Translations under genes and position numbers: made by a program
Source of the DNA: an uncultured Candidatus Saccharibacteria bacterium
GTDB taxonomy: Bacteria > Patescibacteriota > Minisyncoccia > Phycocordibacterales > Phycocordibacteraceae
Length of the DNA: 64,000 nt
NCBI GenBank assembly: GCA_964391975.1
Contig: CAYMNZ010000001.1
Span: 15,280-79,279, forward strand
Direction of reading: 5' to 3'
The notes under the pieces: model-generated
Database searches by the model: none
What the model saw: only the letters and a program-made list of their open reading frames with translations
What the model was told of the DNA's origin: nothing
In this document: in pieces, positions 12,171 through 22,294 of the stretch
Position numbering within the stretch: the stretch's first letter is position 1
Layout: every line of letters starts with the position of its first letter

Positions 12171-12524
12171 ATGTCTCGCTCCCTCAAGAAAGGACCGTAT
12201 GTGGACGTCAAACTCCTCAAGAAGGTCAAGGACAAGAAACCAGCTTCGGCGGGGGTAATTAAGACATGGGCCCGCAATTCCCAAATCGCACCTGAGTTCG
12301 TCGGCTTCACGTTCGGCGTTCACAACGGAAAGACCTTCGTAGATGTCCTCGTCACCGAGGACATGGTGGGACACCGCCTTGGTGAGTTCTCACCTACCAA
12401 GAAGTTCATCCGCCACGGAGGAAAGATGCAGAAGGAGCTCGAGCAGAAGAAGAAGGACTCTGAGATTGCAGCCGCTAAGGCTTCCAAGGAGCCTGCTGCC
12501 GCAGCCCCTGCCAAGAAGAAATAA
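12171..12524 (+). CDS. rpsS: 30S ribosomal protein S19 (C-terminal extension)
   Basis: [24 protein letters not shown]. Confidence 0.98.
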   Translation: MSRSLKKGPYVDVKLLKKVKDKKPASAGVIKTWARNSQIAPEFVGFTFGVHNGKTFVDVLVTEDMVGHRLGEFSPTKKFIRHGGKMQKELEQKKKDSEIAAAKASKEPAAAAPAKKK

Positions 12525-12526
12525 CT

Positions 12527-12844
12527 ATGAAAGCCTCACTTACAAGCCACAACCAGCCTCCGCGCAAAGTCCGTCTCGTGACTGACCTTGTGAAGGGCAA
12601 GAAGGTCGAAGACGCACTTGCTGCGCTCTCGTTCCTCCCTAAGCGTGCTGCCGCTCCAATCAAGAAGTTGATTGAGTCTGCTGCTGCTAATGCTAAGAAC
12701 AAGGGGGAGGACGTCACGAAGCTCAAGGTGAAGAACATCACTGTGGATTCCGCTGGCATGCTCGTTAAGTACATGCCGCGCGCCATGGGTCGTGGAGCAC
12801 CGGTACGCCGCCGCAAGAGCCAGATAAGCGTCGAGCTCGCATAA
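12527..12844 (+). CDS. rplV: 50S ribosomal protein L22
   Basis: PRKVRLV, SAAANA, PRAMGRG. Confidence 0.97.
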   Translation: MKASLTSHNQPPRKVRLVTDLVKGKKVEDALAALSFLPKRAAAPIKKLIESAAANAKNKGEDVTKLKVKNITVDSAGMLVKYMPRAMGRGAPVRRRKSQISVELA

Positions 12845-12851
12845 CTTTTAT

Positions 12852-13562
12852 ATGACACACACCGTACATCCTTACGCACACCGCCTCGGTATCATCCGGG
12901 ACTGGAAGAGCCGTTGGTTTGCCCGTGGCAAGGCGCAGTACCGCGAGAACATCGCTATTGATGAGGGTATACGCCGTTTCCTCACCAAGCGTCTTAAGGG
13001 CATGCACGTCTCTGACATTGAGATTGAGCGCTCTGCAACCGAGACTCGCGTGCTTTTGCACACTGCCCGCCCAGGTCTCGTGATTGGCCGCTCTGGTGAG
13101 AACGCAACGAAGCTCCGCAAGGAACTCGCTGGCGTTATTGCTAAGGCATCTCCTAAGGATTCTGCAGCTCGCAAGTCGCTCGTGAAGCTCGACATCATGG
13201 AAGTTCGCCAGCCTGAGACCAACGCCGCTGTCGTCGGTCAGATGGTTGCTGAGGGACTTGAGAAGCGCCTTCCGTTCCGCCGCGTGTTGAAGAGCACTGT
13301 CGAGAAGGTTATGGCCGTTCGCGATGTCGTTGGAGTTCGCATCGTGATTTCTGGTCGCCTTGGTGGCGCAGATATGTCTCGCATCGAGCAGATCAAGCGC
13401 GGACGTATTCCTCTTCAGACCTTCCGTGCAAACATCGACTACGCACACACGGAGGCACACCTTCCGTATGGTCAGATTGGCATCAAGGTTTGGGTCTACC
13501 TCGGCGATACCTTCACTGAGCGTAACCGTGGTGCTCAGCCAGCTGCGACACCTCGCGCATAA
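12852..13562 (+). CDS. rpsC: 30S ribosomal protein S3
   Basis: RPGLVIGR, GRIPLQTFRANIDY, GIKVW. Confidence 0.98.
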   Translation: MTHTVHPYAHRLGIIRDWKSRWFARGKAQYRENIAIDEGIRRFLTKRLKGMHVSDIEIERSATETRVLLHTARPGLVIGRSGENATKLRKELAGVIAKASPKDSAARKSLVKLDIMEVRQPETNAAVVGQMVAEGLEKRLPFRRVLKSTVEKVMAVRDVVGVRIVISGRLGGADMSRIEQIKRGRIPLQTFRANIDYAHTEAHLPYGQIGIKVWVYLGDTFTERNRGAQPAATPRA

Positions 13563-13572
13563 TATTTTTCGT

Positions 13573-13995
13573 ATGTTGTTTCCTAAAAAAGTAAAACACC
13601 GCAAGTGGCAGACTGGACGAAAGTCTCCAGCGAAGATGGCGCGTCCTGATACGCGTGGTACGAAGGTATCCTTCGGTTCCCACGGCATGAAGGCAACCAC
13701 TGCGTCTCGCATCACCTCTAACCAGATTGAGGCCGCTCGTAAGGTGCTCACCCGCGTTACTGGTAAGGGAGGCAAGCTCTGGATTCGCATCTTCCCTGAT
13801 CGCCCAATTACGCAGAAGGCAGACGGTCTGAAGATGGGTAAGGGAAAGGGAGATCCGAAGCACTTTGTGTTTGAGGTGCACCCAGGTCGTGTGCTCTTCG
13901 AGCTCGATGGTGTTGAGGATGCGATTGCCCGCGACGCTATGCGCCGCGCCGGTGCAAAGCTTCCGCTTAAGACCTCCGTCGTCCTTCGTTCCTAA
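13573..13995 (+). CDS. rplP: 50S ribosomal protein L16
   Basis: MLFPKKVKHRK, WIRIFPD, MGKGKG. Confidence 0.97.
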   Translation: MLFPKKVKHRKWQTGRKSPAKMARPDTRGTKVSFGSHGMKATTASRITSNQIEAARKVLTRVTGKGGKLWIRIFPDRPITQKADGLKMGKGKGDPKHFVFEVHPGRVLFELDGVEDAIARDAMRRAGAKLPLKTSVVLRS

Positions 13996-14001
13996 TCATT
14001 T

Positions 14002-14202
14002 ATGGCAAAGAAACCTACATTCAAGGACCAGAGCGTCGAAGAGCTCAACAAGGCACTTCTCGAGAAGAAGGAGGAGCTCCGCAAGCTTCGTTTTGAGGCT
14101 GCGGGCGCACGGCCGAAGGAGAGCAATGCTCCAGCAAAGATTCGCAAGGATATTGCTCGCATCTTGACGGAACTCACGCTTCGCGCGAAGGTAAGCAACT
14201 AA
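14002..14202 (+). CDS. rpmC: 50S ribosomal protein L29
   Basis: ELRKLRF..IRKDIARILT. Confidence 0.95.
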   Translation: MAKKPTFKDQSVEELNKALLEKKEELRKLRFEAAGARPKESNAPAKIRKDIARILTELTLRAKVSN

Positions 14203-14204
14203 CC

Positions 14205-14450
14205 ATGGAAACTCCTACCTCCCGTCCCCAGAGCTTCAAGGGCGTCGTCGTAAAGACGGCGATGAAGGACACCGCTACGGTGGCTGTCTCTCGCTACGTG
14301 AAGCACCCGAAGTACAAGAAGTTCCAGACCCGCACGAAGAAGTTCTTGGTCCATGACCCAGGCAACACAGTGAAGGTCGGTGACAATGTCACCATCGTCG
14401 CGTGCCGCCCGCTTTCGAAGATGAAGCGCTTCAAGATCGCTACCGCATAA
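14205..14450 (+). CDS. rpsQ: 30S ribosomal protein S17
   Basis: HPKYKK, CRPLSKMKR. Confidence 0.97.
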   Translation: METPTSRPQSFKGVVVKTAMKDTATVAVSRYVKHPKYKKFQTRTKKFLVHDPGNTVKVGDNVTIVACRPLSKMKRFKIATA

Positions 14451-14454
14451 GCCT

Positions 14455-14832
14455 ATGATTCACGACCGCACTATCGTTACCGTTGCAGACAACTCAGGAG
14501 CCAAGATTGGCCGTGTCTTCAAGGTGCTTGGTGGGTCTAAGCGCCGCTACGCAAGCCTTGGCGACGTCGTCGTTATTTCCATCCAGACTGCAGAGCCTCG
14601 CAAGGCCACTAAGAAGAAGGATGTCGTGAAGGCAGTCGTTGTCCGCACCAAGAAGGCTGCACGCCGCGCCAATGGTTCCTACATTGCCTTCGATGACAAC
14701 GCCGTCGTTATCATCGAGAAGCAGGGTAAGGAGATGGGCCCTCGTGGTAACCGCGTCTTCGGTCCAGTTGCTCGTGAGCTCACCGAGAAGGGTTGGCAGA
14801 ACATTGCGTCACTCGCACCTGAAATCGTTTAA
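14455..14832 (+). CDS. rplN: 50S ribosomal protein L14
   Basis: VADNSGAK, FDDNAVV, FGPVARE. Confidence 0.98.
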   Translation: MIHDRTIVTVADNSGAKIGRVFKVLGGSKRRYASLGDVVVISIQTAEPRKATKKKDVVKAVVVRTKKAARRANGSYIAFDDNAVVIIEKQGKEMGPRGNRVFGPVARELTEKGWQNIASLAPEIV

Positions 14833-14834
14833 GT

Positions 14835-15224
14835 ATGAAAAAGTACACCAAGACCAAGCAGAAGTCCTACGCCGCAGGACGCAGGAAGAAGAACTCCCGC
14901 CGCGCGCCGAAGATTGTCATCATGAAGATGAAGCTCAAGAAGGGCGACCATGTCGTGGTTGTCTCGGGCAAGGACAAGGGAAAGGAGGGCACCATCCTCA
15001 CGGTCTTCCCAAAGCTTAACCGCATCGTCGTTGATGGCGTCGCCATGGCGAAGCGCCACCTCAGGAAGACTGGCCGCGGGCAGTCTGGCCGCATCGTCGA
15101 GCACCCAGCAGCTATCAACGCCTCAAACGTGATGCTTATTGATGCTGAGACCAAGAAGCCTACTCGCGTAGGACGCAAGGATGGCCAGCGCATCACCAAG
15201 AAGAGTAAGACTGTTCTCAAATAA
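14835..15224 (+). CDS. rplX: 50S ribosomal protein L24 (possible 29-aa basic N-extension; alternative start ~14922)
   Basis: KKGDHVVVVSGKDKGKEG KOW motif. Confidence 0.93.
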   Translation: MKKYTKTKQKSYAAGRRKKNSRRAPKIVIMKMKLKKGDHVVVVSGKDKGKEGTILTVFPKLNRIVVDGVAMAKRHLRKTGRGQSGRIVEHPAAINASNVMLIDAETKKPTRVGRKDGQRITKKSKTVLK

Positions 15225-15230
15225 ACTTTT

Positions 15231-15761
15231 ATGATGCTTTCAAAACAACGCCAGCAGACTGCCTTCGAGGCACTTTCAGAACAATTCGGGTACAAAAACC
15301 GAATGGCGGCTCCGCGCATCGTTAAGGTAGTCGTCTCTTCTGGAGTTGGTAAGGCAGACAAGGTGAAGAAGGCACTCGTCGAGAAGAAGCTTGCTATCAT
15401 CACGGGTCAGAAGCCATCTCCTCGTGGTGCAAAGCAGTCAGTCGCGCAGTTTAAGGTGCGCGAGGGCGATATAGTCGGGTACCAGGTCACCATTCGTGGC
15501 GGTCGCATGTTTGATTTCGTTGATAAGCTCATCCACATCGCGCTTCCTCGTACTCGCGACTTCCGCGGCATCGCAAAGACCACCGTTGATGACATGGGCA
15601 ACATCACCATCGGCATCAAGGAGAACACGATTTTCCCTGAGACCTCTGACGAGGACCTCAAGGACGTGTTTGGGGTGGCAATCACGATTGTGACTACGGC
15701 TAAGTCGAAGCCGGAGGCGGAGGCCTTCTTCACGCACCTTGGCGTGCCTTTTAAGGCGTAG
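15231..15761 (+). CDS. rplE: 50S ribosomal protein L5
   Basis: ITGQKP, LPRTRDFRG. Confidence 0.97.
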   Translation: MMLSKQRQQTAFEALSEQFGYKNRMAAPRIVKVVVSSGVGKADKVKKALVEKKLAIITGQKPSPRGAKQSVAQFKVREGDIVGYQVTIRGGRMFDFVDKLIHIALPRTRDFRGIAKTTVDDMGNITIGIKENTIFPETSDEDLKDVFGVAITIVTTAKSKPEAEAFFTHLGVPFKA

Positions 15762-15773
15762 AATCAGCGTCGT

Positions 15774-15802
15774 TTGACACTGACCTTCACTGTTGATACA
15801 TT
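15774..15802 (+). promoter_or_regulatory. Internal sigma70 promoter before rpsN
   Basis: TTGACA-17bp-TACATT with TG extension. Confidence 0.7.
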
Positions 15803-15832
15803 GATTCGACGCTCCTCGGAGCTATTTTTCTT

Positions 15833-16102
15833 ATGGCCAAAAAGTCCCAAATCGCCCGCAACAATAAGCGTATGAAGCTCGTCGCTCAGTACGCTGTTAA
15901 GCGTGCCGAGATGAAGAAAGCAGGGGACTTTGAGGGCCTACAGACGCTTCCGAAGAACTCCTCCCCAGTCAGGGTTAAGAACCGCTGCTCGATTACGGGC
16001 CGTGGTCGCGGGTACCTCAGGGCCTTTGGCCTTTCCCGTATCCAGTTCCGCGAGATGGCCCGCCAGGGCAAGATCCCGGGCGTAAAGAAAGCATCATGGT
16101 AA
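15833..16102 (+). CDS. rpsN: 30S ribosomal protein S14 (89-aa, non-zinc type)
   Basis: [38 protein letters not shown]; only one Cys. Confidence 0.97.
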   Translation: MAKKSQIARNNKRMKLVAQYAVKRAEMKKAGDFEGLQTLPKNSSPVRVKNRCSITGRGRGYLRAFGLSRIQFREMARQGKIPGVKKASW

Positions 16103-16491
16103 GCGATCGCGTTGGAGATTTCATAATCCGCCTCAAGAATGCCGGCGCTATCGGCAACACTTCGGTCGTACTCCCACACTCAGGTCACCTTGAGGACATT
16201 GCTAAGAAGCTCCGCGATCTCGGGTTCGTGGCTTCGGTTGATGTTCGCGAGAAGGCAGGCAAGAAGATGCTTGAGGTCGGTCTCGCCTACCACGAGAACG
16301 GCGTCCACAAGATTAACGACGTGAAGCGCATTTCAAAGCCAGGTCGTCGCCTCTACGTATCGAGCCGCACTGCGCACTCGGTAAAGAATGGTCTTGGTGC
16401 ACGCATCATCTCGACTCCGAAAGGCATCCTTGCTGACAAGGAGGCTCGCCAGGTAAAGGTCGGTGGTGAGGAGTTGTTTGAAATCTGGTAA
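16096..16491 (+). CDS. rpsH: 30S ribosomal protein S8
   Basis: [19 protein letters not shown]. Confidence 0.97.
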   Translation: MVSDRVGDFIIRLKNAGAIGNTSVVLPHSGHLEDIAKKLRDLGFVASVDVREKAGKKMLEVGLAYHENGVHKINDVKRISKPGRRLYVSSRTAHSVKNGLGARIISTPKGILADKEARQVKVGGEELFEIW

Positions 16492-16498
16492 TACTTTT

Positions 16499-17035
16499 AT
16501 GGCATCCCGTCTCGCAAAGAAACCAATCGTTATTCCTTCGAAGGTCCAGGTGACCTCGGCTGATGGCGTACTCACCGTTAAGGGTTCGAAGGCAACGCTC
16601 TCTCGCGCAGTGCACACCTCACTTTCTATAGAAGTTACTCCTGAGGGCGTTGAGATTAAGCCAAAGAACAACACGCGCCTTGCGCATGCACTCACTGGTA
16701 CCTTTGCGGCACACCTCAAGACCATGATTAAGGGAGTAGAGGAGCCGTTCAAGAAGAACCTCATTCTTACCGGTGTTGGTTACAAGGTTGAGCTTCAGGG
16801 CAAGGACCTCGTCTTCACCGTTGGCTTCTCGCACAAGGTGACGCTCCCTGTTCCTGAAGGACTCACTGCAGCGGTCGTGAAGAACACGATTACCGTTGAG
16901 GGCTCGGACAAGCAGCAGGTTGGACAGTTCGCTGCTGAAATCCGCGCTATCAAGCCACCGGAGCCATACCTTGGAAAGGGTATCGCCTACGAGGGTGAGG
17001 TCATCCGCCGTAAGCAGGGCAAGAAGGCCGTCTAA
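16499..17035 (+). CDS. rplF: 50S ribosomal protein L6
   Basis: [15 protein letters not shown]. Confidence 0.97.
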   Translation: MASRLAKKPIVIPSKVQVTSADGVLTVKGSKATLSRAVHTSLSIEVTPEGVEIKPKNNTRLAHALTGTFAAHLKTMIKGVEEPFKKNLILTGVGYKVELQGKDLVFTVGFSHKVTLPVPEGLTAAVVKNTITVEGSDKQQVGQFAAEIRAIKPPEPYLGKGIAYEGEVIRRKQGKKAV

Positions 17036-17043
17036 TATTTTGT

Positions 17044-17391
17044 ATGCCTAAGACTCTCACCAAAGCTGAATCCCGCATCCGCCGCCACAAGCGGGTACGC
17101 GGCAAGATTAAGGGAACTGATGCGCGCCCACGTCTCGCTATTTTCCGTTCCAACCGCTTCATCAGCGCGCAGATTATTAATGACGACGCGAGCACCACGC
17201 TTGTTGCTGCACACGGTCGCGAATTCCCTGGCCCACTCGGGAAGCAGGCAATCGCGGTTGGTAAAGCAATTGCTGAGCGTGCAGTAGCAAAGGGTGTGAA
17301 GACGATTGTCTTTGATCGCGCTGGCTACGCGTATGCCGCACAGGTGAAGGCACTTGCCGACGCCGCTCGTGAAGGCGGACTTTCTTTCTAG
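17044..17391 (+). CDS. rplR: 50S ribosomal protein L18
   Basis: [22 protein letters not shown]. Confidence 0.97.
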   Translation: MPKTLTKAESRIRRHKRVRGKIKGTDARPRLAIFRSNRFISAQIINDDASTTLVAAHGREFPGPLGKQAIAVGKAIAERAVAKGVKTIVFDRAGYAYAAQVKALADAAREGGLSF

Positions 17392-17395
17392 TACT

Positions 17396-17995
17396 ATGAC
17401 CGACACAGCAACTATGGACCCTATCGCACCAACCGACGCTCCGGCAGTCGAGGCAAAGCCTGCAGAGGCTGCTCGTACCGACGCTCCTCAGCGCGGAGGA
17501 CCTCGCGGACGTGGAGGTGACCGCCGTGGCGGAGGCCGCCCTCGTGAGCGCCGTGAGCGCGAGCGAAGCGAGTTCGACCAGGTAACGGCCGACGTGCGCC
17601 GTGTGGCCCGTGTTATGGCCGGAGGTCGCCGTTTCTCCTTCTCCGTCACCATTGTTATCGGTGACCGCAAGGGACGTGTGGGCGTTGGTCTTGGTAAGGG
17701 AGCAGACACTGCGCTCGCTATTGATAAGGCTGTGCGTGACGCGAAGAAGCACCTCGTCACGGTTCCTCGCACCAAGAGCGGCTCCATCCGCCACGATGTA
17801 TCGGTTGTCTACGGCACTACCACTCTTTCCATTATTCCTTCCCCGGGTCGTGGACTTGTCGCTGGCTCTGCAATGCGCACCGTGCTTGAGCTCGCCGGTA
17901 TCGGAGACGTGGTGACGAAGATTCTCACCCGCTCGAAGAACAAGCTCACGATTGCGCGCGCTACCGTTGCTGCACTCAAGCAGCTCAAGGGCTAA
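17396..17995 (+). CDS. rpsE: 30S ribosomal protein S5
   Basis: GGRRFSFS, GRVGVGLGKG. Confidence 0.97.
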   Translation: MTDTATMDPIAPTDAPAVEAKPAEAARTDAPQRGGPRGRGGDRRGGGRPRERRERERSEFDQVTADVRRVARVMAGGRRFSFSVTIVIGDRKGRVGVGLGKGADTALAIDKAVRDAKKHLVTVPRTKSGSIRHDVSVVYGTTTLSIIPSPGRGLVAGSAMRTVLELAGIGDVVTKILTRSKNKLTIARATVAALKQLKG

Positions 17996-18005
17996 CCTTT
18001 TATTT

Positions 18006-18461
18006 ATGCAGACCAACACACTCAAAGCAAAATCCAAGCGCGTGACATCGATGCGCGTTGGTCGCGGCGGTAAGCGCGGAAAGACCTCTGGTCGTGGTAC
18101 CAAGGGTCAGAAGGCACGCTCTGGTCGCAAGATGCGCCCTGAGATGCGCGACCTCATCAAGAAGATTCCTAAGCTTCGTGGACACGGCAAGAACCGTAGC
18201 CGCACCGTGCGCCTCGACCGCGTGGTCGCAAAGCCAGTGAACCTCGCCGTTCTTGAGGCAGCGTTTGAGGCAGGCGATACGATTACGCCAGCCATCCTCA
18301 TCAAGAAGGGCATCATCTCAACGCGCGGCGGACGCGTTCCGGCAATCAAGATTCTTGGTGCGGGTGAACTCACCAAGAAGCTCTCGATTTCAGGAGTGAG
18401 CTTCTCCGCTACCGCCAAGGCCGCCATCGAAAAGGCAGGTGGCTCCATCCTCAATGGTTAG
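18006..18461 (+). CDS. rplO: 50S ribosomal protein L15
   Basis: RVGRGGKRGKTSGRGTKGQKARSG, KILGAG. Confidence 0.97.
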   Translation: MQTNTLKAKSKRVTSMRVGRGGKRGKTSGRGTKGQKARSGRKMRPEMRDLIKKIPKLRGHGKNRSRTVRLDRVVAKPVNLAVLEAAFEAGDTITPAILIKKGIISTRGGRVPAIKILGAGELTKKLSISGVSFSATAKAAIEKAGGSILNG

Positions 18462-19728
18462 CGAATTCTTCAGGAAAATCTCCCTCGTCGTAACGGACCC
18501 AGTCCTCAGGTTCCGCGTTCTCTTCATCGTTGCCGCGTTTGCTGTTTTCCGTTTCCTCGCAGCTGTTCCGATTCCGGGCGTTAACCCGCTTGCACTTGAG
18601 CAGTTCTTCTCAAACAACCAGTTCCTTGGTCTCTTGAACGTCTTCTCCGGAGGCGGGTTCGAGAACCTTTCTATCGTGATGCTCGGTGTGGGTCCGTACA
18701 TTACGGCATCCATCATCATGCAGCTTGCAACCGTTATTTTCCCAGCCGTTAAGGCTATGTACTCTGAGGAGGGTGAGGCAGGCCGCACCAAGTTCATCGC
18801 TATTTCCCGCGCGCTCACCATTCCGCTCGCTATTCTTCAGGCAGTCGCCTTCCTCTCGCTTCTTGAGACGCAGGGTGTCGTGACCTCGCTCACGCCGTTT
18901 GATTTCGCAGTGAACGTCTTCCTCGTTGCGGCAGGTTCCATGCTCCTCATGTGGATTGGTGAGCTCATCACCGAATTCGGCATTGGTAACGGTGTATCGC
19001 TCATCATCTTCGCAGGCATCATTGCTGGTATTCCTGGCGGCCTCACGCAGATTCTCTACACCGCAACCGCGGCCAACATTCCGGCCTACCTTGGCTTCTT
19101 CATCCTCTCGCTCGCAGCCATCTATGCGGTGGTGTCGGTGTCTGAGGCAGAACGCTCTGTTCCCATTGCCTACGCTCGCCAGGTACGCGGTGCGGCACAT
19201 CAGCAGGGTGCTGCTACCTATCTTCCGATTCGCATTCTCCAGGCAGGGGTGATGCCAATCATCTTCGGTCTCTCGCTCGTGCTCCTTCCACAGGTAGTGC
19301 TTACTGGTCTCTCGGCGGTTGGCGTTGCCGGGATTGATCCTTGGATTGCAGGCTATGCTGCCTTCTCCGCAAACCCATGGCTCCATGGCGCGGTCTACTT
19401 TATCTTCGTGTTCATGTTCACTTTCTTCTACACCTCTATTACGTTCGAGCCACACCGCGTCGCTGAGAACCTCCAGAAGTCTGGTGCCTTCGTTCCAGGT
19501 GTCCGCCCTGGACGCGAGACCGAGACTTACATCGGTAACGTCGTTTCCCGCGTGACCTTCCCGGGCGCTCTCTTCCTCGGTGCCATCGCCGTCGTTCCGT
19601 TTATCGTGCAGGGACTGACCGGCATCACCGCCATCCTCGTTGGTGGTACTGCGCTTATCATTGCCGTGACCGTGGTGCTCGACCTCATTCGCAAGATCGA
19701 CGCGCAGGTTTCGCTCAAAGAATACTAA
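18454..19728 (+). CDS. secY: Preprotein translocase subunit SecY
   Basis: Multi-TM; LGVGPYITASII, GIGNGVSLIIF, PGVRPG. Confidence 0.98.
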   Translation: MVSEFFRKISLVVTDPVLRFRVLFIVAAFAVFRFLAAVPIPGVNPLALEQFFSNNQFLGLLNVFSGGGFENLSIVMLGVGPYITASIIMQLATVIFPAVKAMYSEEGEAGRTKFIAISRALTIPLAILQAVAFLSLLETQGVVTSLTPFDFAVNVFLVAAGSMLLMWIGELITEFGIGNGVSLIIFAGIIAGIPGGLTQILYTATAANIPAYLGFFILSLAAIYAVVSVSEAERSVPIAYARQVRGAAHQQGAATYLPIRILQAGVMPIIFGLSLVLLPQVVLTGLSAVGVAGIDPWIAGYAAFSANPWLHGAVYFIFVFMFTFFYTSITFEPHRVAENLQKSGAFVPGVRPGRETETYIGNVVSRVTFPGALFLGAIAVVPFIVQGLTGITAILVGGTALIIAVTVVLDLIRKIDAQVSLKEY

Positions 19729-19754
19729 TTCCCCTTGTGCTACAGTAGTGCGGT

Positions 19755-20321
19755 ATGGATTTGAACACAGTACTCCTCATAGGTAAGCCAGGCAGCGGCA
19801 AGGGCACGCAGGCACAGCTCCTTGCCGAGATGACAGGGTTTCAAGTCATCGCCTCAGGCGACCTCTTCCGCGCGCTTATGAAAGAGGATACGGAGGTGGG
19901 TGCCAAGATGCGGGAGGAAATCGAGAAGGGTTTACTCGCTCCTGATTGGTTTGCAATGTACCTCTTCCAGAAGTCGGTGCTCAATCTTCCGTCGACTCAG
20001 GGGGTAATCTTTGACGGCTTTGGTCGTAAGGTGCCTGAGGCCAAAGTAGTGGTTGATGTGCTCACGTGGCTCGGGCGTCCGTTCACGGCAGTGCATGTGA
20101 AGGTCTCAGATGCTGAAATTATTGACCGCCTCGAGAAGCGCAAGGGAGTCTCCGGACGTGCTGACGACCATGCGGTTGAGAAGCGTCTTGAGGAATACCG
20201 TATCTTCACCGAGCCTTCTATTGAAGTGTTCCGCGAAGCCGGAAAGCTCGTTGAGGTGAATGGCGAGGGAGCGGTCGACGCTATTCAGGCAGAGATTCAG
20301 AAAGCACTCAACCTCGGATGA
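19755..20321 (+). CDS. adk: Adenylate kinase (short, lid-less)
   Basis: GKPGSGKGTQA P-loop, FDGFGR, RADD. Confidence 0.9.
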   Translation: MDLNTVLLIGKPGSGKGTQAQLLAEMTGFQVIASGDLFRALMKEDTEVGAKMREEIEKGLLAPDWFAMYLFQKSVLNLPSTQGVIFDGFGRKVPEAKVVVDVLTWLGRPFTAVHVKVSDAEIIDRLEKRKGVSGRADDHAVEKRLEEYRIFTEPSIEVFREAGKLVEVNGEGAVDAIQAEIQKALNLG

Positions 20322-21094
20322 TTGTTCGCACACCAGAAGAGCGGGAGGGAATCATTGAAGCAGGACGCAGGCTTGGCGTGGTGCTCTCTGAGGTTGCCAA
20401 AATTGTTGCGCCGGGCGTTTCAACCGCTGAGCTCGATATCCTTGCAGAGAAGTTAATTCTCGAAGGAGGAGATACTCCTGCCTTCCTTGATTACACGCCA
20501 GAGCGTGGAGTGCGTCCGTATCCAGCGACACTGTGCGTTTCAATAAATGATGAGGTTGTTCACGGCATACCAAACGAAGCGCCGCGTATTCTCGAAGAGG
20601 GAGACATCGTCGCGCTTGATCTTGGGTTGATTCACAAGGGGTTCGTAACCGACTCTGCCCTTACGGTTGCCGTAGGGGAAGTTAGTGACGAGGCGAAGCG
20701 GCTTATGCAGGTGACACAGAAATCACTTGAAGACGCTATTGCGGCAGCTCGTCCTGGCAATCGCATTGGCGACATATCGCACGCTACTGAAGCTGCCTTT
20801 AAGGGAAGCGGGTTCTCGGTCGTAAAGGTGCTTGGTGGGCACGGTGTGGGCTCGGCAGTGCATGAAGAGCCGTGGATTAGTAACGTAGGTACGCCTGGTA
20901 CCGGACCTGAGATTGTGGAGGGTATGGTGCTTGCGCTTGAGCCGATTGCCAACGCAGGAAAGGCCTCAGTCATCCTTGCTCCCGATGGCTACACGTATCG
21001 CTCCAAGGATGGCTCCATTTCTGCTCACTTCGAGCACACTATTTTGGTAGAGAAGGAGAAGACCCTTGTGATTACGAGGCGCCCTGGCGAGTAA
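20318..21094 (+). CDS. map: Methionine aminopeptidase type I
   Basis: SINDEVVHGIP, GHGVG..HEEP, SAHFEHT. Confidence 0.97.
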   Translation: MIVRTPEEREGIIEAGRRLGVVLSEVAKIVAPGVSTAELDILAEKLILEGGDTPAFLDYTPERGVRPYPATLCVSINDEVVHGIPNEAPRILEEGDIVALDLGLIHKGFVTDSALTVAVGEVSDEAKRLMQVTQKSLEDAIAAARPGNRIGDISHATEAAFKGSGFSVVKVLGGHGVGSAVHEEPWISNVGTPGTGPEIVEGMVLALEPIANAGKASVILAPDGYTYRSKDGSISAHFEHTILVEKEKTLVITRRPGE

Positions 21095-21154
21095 CAGGAT
21101 TTAGGCTATACTCCCCACATACAAGCGCGAAAGCGATTTTTTACTATAGGAATC

Positions 21155-21763
21155 ATGCCTACCCCACACCCAAAGAAAGAGCGTACGTTCGTGATGATTA
21201 AGCCTGACGGTGTTCAGCGCGGACTCGTTGGCGAGATTGTTCGTCGCTTCGAGAACACGGGCCTCAAGCTCGTCTACCTCAAGCTCTCTATGCTCGATGA
21301 AACAAAGCTCTGGGAGCACTACGGCAAAGATGACGTATGGTTTGAGAAGAAGGGTGCTGGCATCATGGCCGACCGCCAAGCAGCAGGACTTCCGGTAGAG
21401 AAGGAAGCACTTGAGTACGGTAAGGACATCATTCGTGCACTCGTGACGTTCATGACCGCGGGTCCGGTTGTCATGATGGTGATTGAAGGCAACCAATCAG
21501 TTGCAGTGGTGAAGAAGCTTGTGGGGGGCACGGAGCCGGCAACGTCTGATGTGGGTACCATTCGTGGTGACCTCACGGTGGACTCCTACTCCATTGCAGC
21601 AATTGATGACCGCGCAGTACGCAACCTCATTCACTGCTCTGATCAGCCTTCGGAGGCTGAGCGCGAGATTGCGCTTTGGCTCCCTGGAGCAGAAGTACTC
21701 AATTACCGCCTCGTTGGCGAACAGATTCTCTACGACGTTAACCTCGACGGTATTCTCGAATAG
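21155..21763 (+). CDS. ndk: Nucleoside diphosphate kinase (with internal insertion)
   Basis: ERTFVMIKPDGVQRGL, GTIRGD, RNLIHCSD. Confidence 0.95.
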   Translation: MPTPHPKKERTFVMIKPDGVQRGLVGEIVRRFENTGLKLVYLKLSMLDETKLWEHYGKDDVWFEKKGAGIMADRQAAGLPVEKEALEYGKDIIRALVTFMTAGPVVMMVIEGNQSVAVVKKLVGGTEPATSDVGTIRGDLTVDSYSIAAIDDRAVRNLIHCSDQPSEAEREIALWLPGAEVLNYRLVGEQILYDVNLDGILE

Positions 21764-21796
21764 CTAAAAAACCGCCGTTAGTGATATTCTCACTCT

Positions 21797-22102
21797 ATGG
21801 CTACAGCAAGGATTTCTGGCGGCACCGTACACACCCTGCCGTCTGATGTGCGAAAGGTCTTGGCTGCTGATGCTAAGGCACGTGCGGCATGGGAGAGCCT
21901 GACGCCGCTTGCACGCAATGAATGGATCTGTTGGACCATTTCCGTTAAAAAAGCAGAGACACGGAAGGACCATGTACGACGAGTACGGAGTCAACTGAAA
22001 GAAGGGAAGCGTCGCCCGTGCTGCTGGATTGGGTGTATTCACCGTCCGGATAAGCCGCTGAGTCCATCGGTGAAAGGGGTGCTCAGTAAACGAAGGAAAT
22101 AA
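21797..22102 (+). CDS. YdeI/OmpD-associated family protein
   Basis: LPSDV..WESLTPLARNEWICW..KKAETR..GKRRPCCW. Confidence 0.8.
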   Translation: MATARISGGTVHTLPSDVRKVLAADAKARAAWESLTPLARNEWICWTISVKKAETRKDHVRRVRSQLKEGKRRPCCWIGCIHRPDKPLSPSVKGVLSKRRK

Positions 22103-22155
22103 AGGCGATTGCGGTATCCACATGACTTTCATGGAGGAGGAGTATACTTATACAT

Positions 22156-22289
22156 GGAGCCATTCCTTGAAACGCAACTTACTTTCCCTACGGGAGTCTT
22201 ATATCTACGCACGATAGTGAACTTTGTTCCGATTCGAGCGATGCGGACACCCACTTGGCACTATCGAGTTGCCAAACGGGAATGGCTCT
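22156..22289 (+). ncRNA. Candidate stand-alone structured small RNA
   Basis: TATACT at 22143-22148; closing stem GAGCCATTCC/GGAATGGCTC; inner GCAACT/AGTTGC and CGATAGTG/CACTATCG; terminator directly after. Confidence 0.55.
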
Positions 22290-22294
22290 TCGAA

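Noticed and set aside
17995-18006. Missing rpmD (uL30) as a novelty or assembly gap
   Set aside because: Only 10 nt separate rpsE and rplO; loss of uL30 is an established CPR trait.
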